From an uncultured Planctomycetales bacterium (GTDB lineage: Bacteria; Omnitrophota; Gorgyraeia; Gygaellales; Profunditerraquicolaceae), in NCBI GenBank assembly GCA_964487475.1, contig CAZAPM010000012.1, positions 2,031-66,030 of the forward strand: a DNA stretch of 64,000 bases. The letters are read 5' to 3'. The translations under genes and the position numbers were made by a program. Positions 60,793 through 64,000 of this stretch are shown in pieces (position 1 is the stretch's first letter; each line of letters starts with the position of its first letter). Below the pieces are notes generated by a model, which saw only the letters and a list, made by a program, of their open reading frames with translations, was not told the origin of the DNA and did no database searches.

Positions 60793-61590
60793 CTACACGA
60801 TCTTCAAGAGCGCTGCCGCATTATCGTAAAAGATCATTTCCTTGAGTTCCCGGGAGATGTCCAGCTTCTCCAGGAACGCGATATCCGCGGCCGGATCCGC
60901 CAGGGGAAAATCAGAACCGAAAAGCAGCCGGTCGGGCTTATGATGCTCCAGAAGCTCCTTTACCTGCGCCGCAGGCAGAAAATTGAAGAAATACGAGGTG
61001 TCCAGGTACACGTCCTCCCCCAGCAGGAACTCCCGCGTCTCCTCCCAGTGCTTGAACCCGCCGAAATGGGCGGCGATGATCTTCAATTGAGGGAACCTGC
61101 GGTGCACGGCCAGTATCCTCTTGGGATTGGAACGCACCTGCATGGTGCCGGAAAGTTCCTCCCCGCAGTGGAAGAGCACCGGCAGGCCCAGCCGCATGAT
61201 CTCCTCGTACATGGGGAACATCTGCTCGTCATCGACGAAAAAATCCTGGAACTCCGGCTGGAACTTTATCCCGTCGCCCTGGGCCTTGATGCGGAGAAGC
61301 TCCTTCCGCCACTCCGGGTAGCGCGGATGCATGGCGCAAAAGACCCGGAACTGCCCGCCTCGCACCACGAACATCCAGTCATTGATCGAAGGCACCTGCT
61401 CCGGCTTGGTGGCCACCGCGCAGATGACGCTGGCTTCGATGTGCAGCCGCCGCATGGACTCCGCCAGGGAATCCAGGGTAGGGGCCGCCGCAAAGGTGAT
61501 CTTGAAAAGGGATTCCAGGTTCTCCCTGGCGCGGGACGCGACCTTCTCCGGCCAGGCATGCGTATGGCAATCGATGATCTTAAAATTCAT
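60793..61590 (-). CDS. Amidohydrolase-2-family metal-dependent TIM-barrel hydrolase
   Basis: 265 aa; N-terminal IIDCHTHAWPEKVA (HxH metal motif) and C-terminal D-residue barrel. Confidence 0.7.
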   Translation of the reverse strand: MNFKIIDCHTHAWPEKVASRARENLESLFKITFAAAPTLDSLAESMRRLHIEASVICAVATKPEQVPSINDWMFVVRGGQFRVFCAMHPRYPEWRKELLRIKAQGDGIKFQPEFQDFFVDDEQMFPMYEEIMRLGLPVLFHCGEELSGTMQVRSNPKRILAVHRRFPQLKIIAAHFGGFKHWEETREFLLGEDVYLDTSYFFNFLPAAQVKELLEHHKPDRLLFGSDFPLADPAADIAFLEKLDISRELKEMIFYDNAAALLKIV

Positions 61591-62005
61591 ACAGCTCTTC
61601 TTCCAGGAGCGTGAAACCTTCCTGGGCCAGGAGCGCCTTCGTACCGGGGATGTCCTTGACTTCGACGCAGAAGACGGCGTTCTTGTTGGATTCGATCACA
61701 AATCCGTACGCGTCGACGATGTTGATGGAGTGCTTGTTGAGCGCGTCCGCAAGCTTCAGGAAACTTCCCGGCTTATCGTCGATCAGGATGGCCAGGATAT
61801 CCTTGAGCGCGCAGGCAAACCCCTTTTCGGAGAGCGCCAGGTGCGCTTCCACGGGCTTGTTCACGATGATCTTCATCAGGCCGAACTCGGTGCGGTCCTG
61901 CAGGGTCATGGTACGCACGTTGATCTTATGCTCGGCCAACACCTCGGCGACGGAGCGCAGCCGGCCGGGTCGGTTATCGAGAAATACGTTCACTTCCTTT
62001 GCCAT
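61580..62005 (-). CDS. Tandem ACT-domain protein
   Basis: 141 aa; two ACT-like beta-alpha-beta-beta-alpha-beta units (VFLDNRPGRLRSVAEVLAEHKINV… / ILIDDKPGSFLKLADALNKHSINI…). Confidence 0.7.
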   Translation of the reverse strand: MAKEVNVFLDNRPGRLRSVAEVLAEHKINVRTMTLQDRTEFGLMKIIVNKPVEAHLALSEKGFACALKDILAILIDDKPGSFLKLADALNKHSINIVDAYGFVIESNKNAVFCVEVKDIPGTKALLAQEGFTLLEEELYEF

Positions 62006-62020
62006 GCTCGCACCTCGCAG

Positions 62021-63337
62021 TTAAAGTTTGGGACGCAGGTCCACCACCCGCTTGGCCTTACCCTCGGACACCGGAAGGCTCCCGGGCTCGTGCAATTCGA
62101 CCAGAGGATTGATGATGATGGACGTACGCAGGTCATCCTTGATCCGGTGCTTCAACCGGTCCAGTTCGGCCACGTCCCCTCTGAAAAGCTTGGAATAGAT
62201 CTCCACCTTGACCGTCAGTTTGTCCAGCGCCCCGTCCTTGTCCAGGCAGACCACATAATTGGTCCCCACCTCGGGGATGCGCATGATCACTTCCTCGATC
62301 TGGGAGGGGAACACGTTGACCCCGTTGATGATGAGCATATCGTCGCTGCGGCCGGTGATACGCGAGATCCGCCGGTGCGTGCGTCCGCACTTGCAGGGCG
62401 CTTTCAGGACGCGGCTCAAGTCGCGGGTGCGGTAACGGAGCAGCGGGGTGGCCTGCCGGCAGAGGGTCGTGAACACCAGCTCCCCCTCCTCATCCTCCCG
62501 GCGCATCTCTCCCGTCGCAGGGTCGATGACCTCCATGAAGAAGGCATCCTCCCAGGTGTGCATCGCGTCCTTGTAGACGCACTCGAAGCTCACCCCGGGG
62601 CCGTTCATCTCGCTTAACCCGTAGGAATTATACGCGTCGATCCCGAAGAGCTCCTCGATCTTGCGGCGGGCGTTCTCCGAATACGGCTCCGCGCCCAGGA
62701 ACGCTTTCTTGAGCGCCAGGTCCTTAGGGGTAACCCCGCACTCGGCAAGCTGGGAGACGATGTGCAGGGCATAACTGGGGGTGGCATGGATCACGGTAGT
62801 GCGGAAATCCTTCATCAGCTGCACCTGCCTGCGGGTATTGCCGCTGGCAGCCGGGATCACGGTCATCCCCACCCGCTCCGCGCCGTAGTGCAGGCCTAAG
62901 CCTCCGGTAAAAAGCCCGTAGCCGGTCATGTTCTGGAACACGTCCTTCTTCGAGGCGCCGGTAGCGACGATGCAGCGGGCCACCAGCTCCGTCCAGTTCT
63001 CCAGGTCGGCCCTGGTGTGATAGATGACGGTAGGGATACCGGTGGTGCCGGAAGAGGTGTGCAGGCGCACCACCTCGTCCATGTCCACCGCCAGCAATCC
63101 CTTAGGATAGGCCTCCCGCAGGTCGTCTTTCGTGGTAAAAGGGATGCGGCGGATATCGTCGAGGGAACGGATGTCCCCGCCGGAGGAGATCCCGCATTTC
63201 TTGAGCCGTCGCTGATACAGCGGAGTGCGCAGCGCCAGCTCAACGGAACCCCTAAGCCGGGAAAGCTGCAACGCTTCCAGATCCGGCCGGGAGATGGTCT
63301 CCGCGGCTTTATCAAAATAGGTGATCGGCTCTTTCAT
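62021..63337 (-). CDS. paaK: Phenylacetate-CoA ligase-family adenylate-forming enzyme (PaaK-like)
   Basis: 438 aa; TSSGTTGIPTVIYHTRADLENW AMP-binding motif and PaaK C-terminal domain. Confidence 0.85.
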   Translation of the reverse strand: MKEPITYFDKAAETISRPDLEALQLSRLRGSVELALRTPLYQRRLKKCGISSGGDIRSLDDIRRIPFTTKDDLREAYPKGLLAVDMDEVVRLHTSSGTTGIPTVIYHTRADLENWTELVARCIVATGASKKDVFQNMTGYGLFTGGLGLHYGAERVGMTVIPAASGNTRRQVQLMKDFRTTVIHATPSYALHIVSQLAECGVTPKDLALKKAFLGAEPYSENARRKIEELFGIDAYNSYGLSEMNGPGVSFECVYKDAMHTWEDAFFMEVIDPATGEMRREDEEGELVFTTLCRQATPLLRYRTRDLSRVLKAPCKCGRTHRRISRITGRSDDMLIINGVNVFPSQIEEVIMRIPEVGTNYVVCLDKDGALDKLTVKVEIYSKLFRGDVAELDRLKHRIKDDLRTSIIINPLVELHEPGSLPVSEGKAKRVVDLRPKL

Positions 63338-63343
63338 GCTCCC

Positions 63344-63775
63344 TTATTTCGCTGCGATACGGTCGTTCCTGACGATCTTGACCTTAGCCTTGGCCAATGC
63401 CGCCAGCGCCTTGTCCGGATCATCGAAACGGAAGACCATCAGCGCCTTGCCCGAACGCTTTTCGACGAACCCGTACATATACTCCACGTTGATCTTTTTC
63501 GCGTCCAATGTCTTGAGGATATACGCCAGGCCGCCGGGCTTATCATCCACCTCCACGGCCACGATCTCGGAAAAACTGGCCACGAAACCGCTGCTCTTAA
63601 GGAGCGTCAGCGCTTCCTGGGGCCTGTCCACCACCAGCCGCAGCACCCCGAAATCCTGCGTTTCGGCGACGGTCAAAGCGCGGATATTGATCTTCTGCGC
63701 CCCCAGCAGGGCGCACACGTCGTGCAATCGACCTTTACGGTTCTCCAGGAACACCGAAATCTGATTGATCTTCAT
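63344..63775 (-). CDS. Tandem ACT-domain protein (paralog of 61580..62005)
   Basis: 143 aa; VFLENRKGRLHDVCALLGAQKINI… / VEVDDKPGGLAYILKTLDAKKINV…. Confidence 0.7.
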   Translation of the reverse strand: MKINQISVFLENRKGRLHDVCALLGAQKINIRALTVAETQDFGVLRLVVDRPQEALTLLKSSGFVASFSEIVAVEVDDKPGGLAYILKTLDAKKINVEYMYGFVEKRSGKALMVFRFDDPDKALAALAKAKVKIVRNDRIAAK

Positions 63776-63786
63776 AGGCCCGTCCT

Positions 63787-64000
63787 TTATAAGGTTCTTT
63801 TATCCACTACCCGCTTGGCCTTGCCTTCGCTGCGCTCGATCGTGCGCGGCTCGACCAGCCGCACCCGGGCGCCGATACCTAAGACCGACTCGATCTCTTT
63901 GCAGATACGCTCCTCCAGGGCGGAAAGCTTTTTCAGCTCGTCGGAGAATATCTTCTCCTCCACCTCGACCAGGATCTCGATCTCATCCAGGTACCCGCCC
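63787..64000 (-). CDS. Second PaaK-like phenylacetate-CoA ligase, C-terminal fragment (the gene continues beyond the right edge)
   Basis: Not in the ORF track because it is edge-truncated. The minus-strand translation ends …RTIERSEGKAKRVVDKRTL*, matching the PaaK C-terminus …VSEGKAKRVVDLRPKL of 62021..63337. Confidence 0.6.
   Translation of the reverse strand, partial: GGYLDEIEILVEVEEKIFSDELKKLSALEERICKEIESVLGIGARVRLVEPRTIERSEGKAKRVVDKRTL

Overview
A 64-kb, high-GC (~62%) chromosomal segment from a diderm bacterium, inferred from lpxB, an MsbA-like exporter and C-terminal-Phe beta-barrel OMPs. The six-frame track is full of antisense shadow ORFs; the real genes run almost entirely on the minus strand. 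Right to left (the direction of transcription) the layout is a partial paaK paralog, then ACT-paaK-ACT, amidohydrolase, Na+/solute symporter, an OMP, an HD-GYP sensor and an Lrp/AsnC-aminotransferase pair. Next come a GAF-ANTAR regulator sitting directly upstream of a complete atpBEFHAGDC operon, then nadE (Gln-dependent) and an ECF-type sigma factor. This leads into a nitrogen-assimilation supercluster: amt2-glnK2, amt1-glnK1, type-III glutamine synthetase glnN, and a small Fis-type HTH protein with gltB-gltD. An envelope-protein cluster (greA among them) follows, then an archaeal-type gltB-domain gene, a methyltransferase, pyrG, a DUF1846 protein, carA and a split carB N-terminal half. Further left are an MBL/beta-CASP RNase, an atypical L27-like protein, an M48 peptidase, lpxB with a Gfo/Idh/MocA gene on the plus strand, an MsbA-like ABC exporter, rpsB-tsf-pyrH-frr, three tRNAs (Lys-TTT, Leu-TAG, Gly-GCC), ptsN, a membrane-anchored yvcK, ptsH and ptsI. 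The window ends with a nucleotidyltransferase, metK, ahcY and a left-edge partial secreted-protein gene that the ORF track omits. There is no CRISPR array, transposase or integrase. The most interesting content is regulatory and non-coding. (i) A strictly conserved bipartite motif GTTACCA-N14-TTACTTGTA lies ~120-175 nt upstream of four nitrogen transcription units. (ii) The leaders of those units carry intrinsic-terminator hairpins and a conserved GAAC-N6-GTTC palindrome (consensus from three sites, one half-match in amt2). In four leaders there are 4-5-bp stem-loops whose hexaloops have A at position 1 and G at position 4 (an ANTAR-like signature). (iii) A GAF-ANTAR gene sits beside an atp leader built as promoter, hairpin, then terminator. 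(iv) Arrays of 15-bp-period 5-3-5 palindromes flank an Lrp/AsnC gene. (v) A dual-hairpin element with a conserved TtATCGGATcG loop recurs at least five times, one copy flanked by 15-bp direct repeats next to tRNA-Lys. (vi) A consensus sigma70 promoter with a +1 palindromic operator drives the ECF sigma gene.
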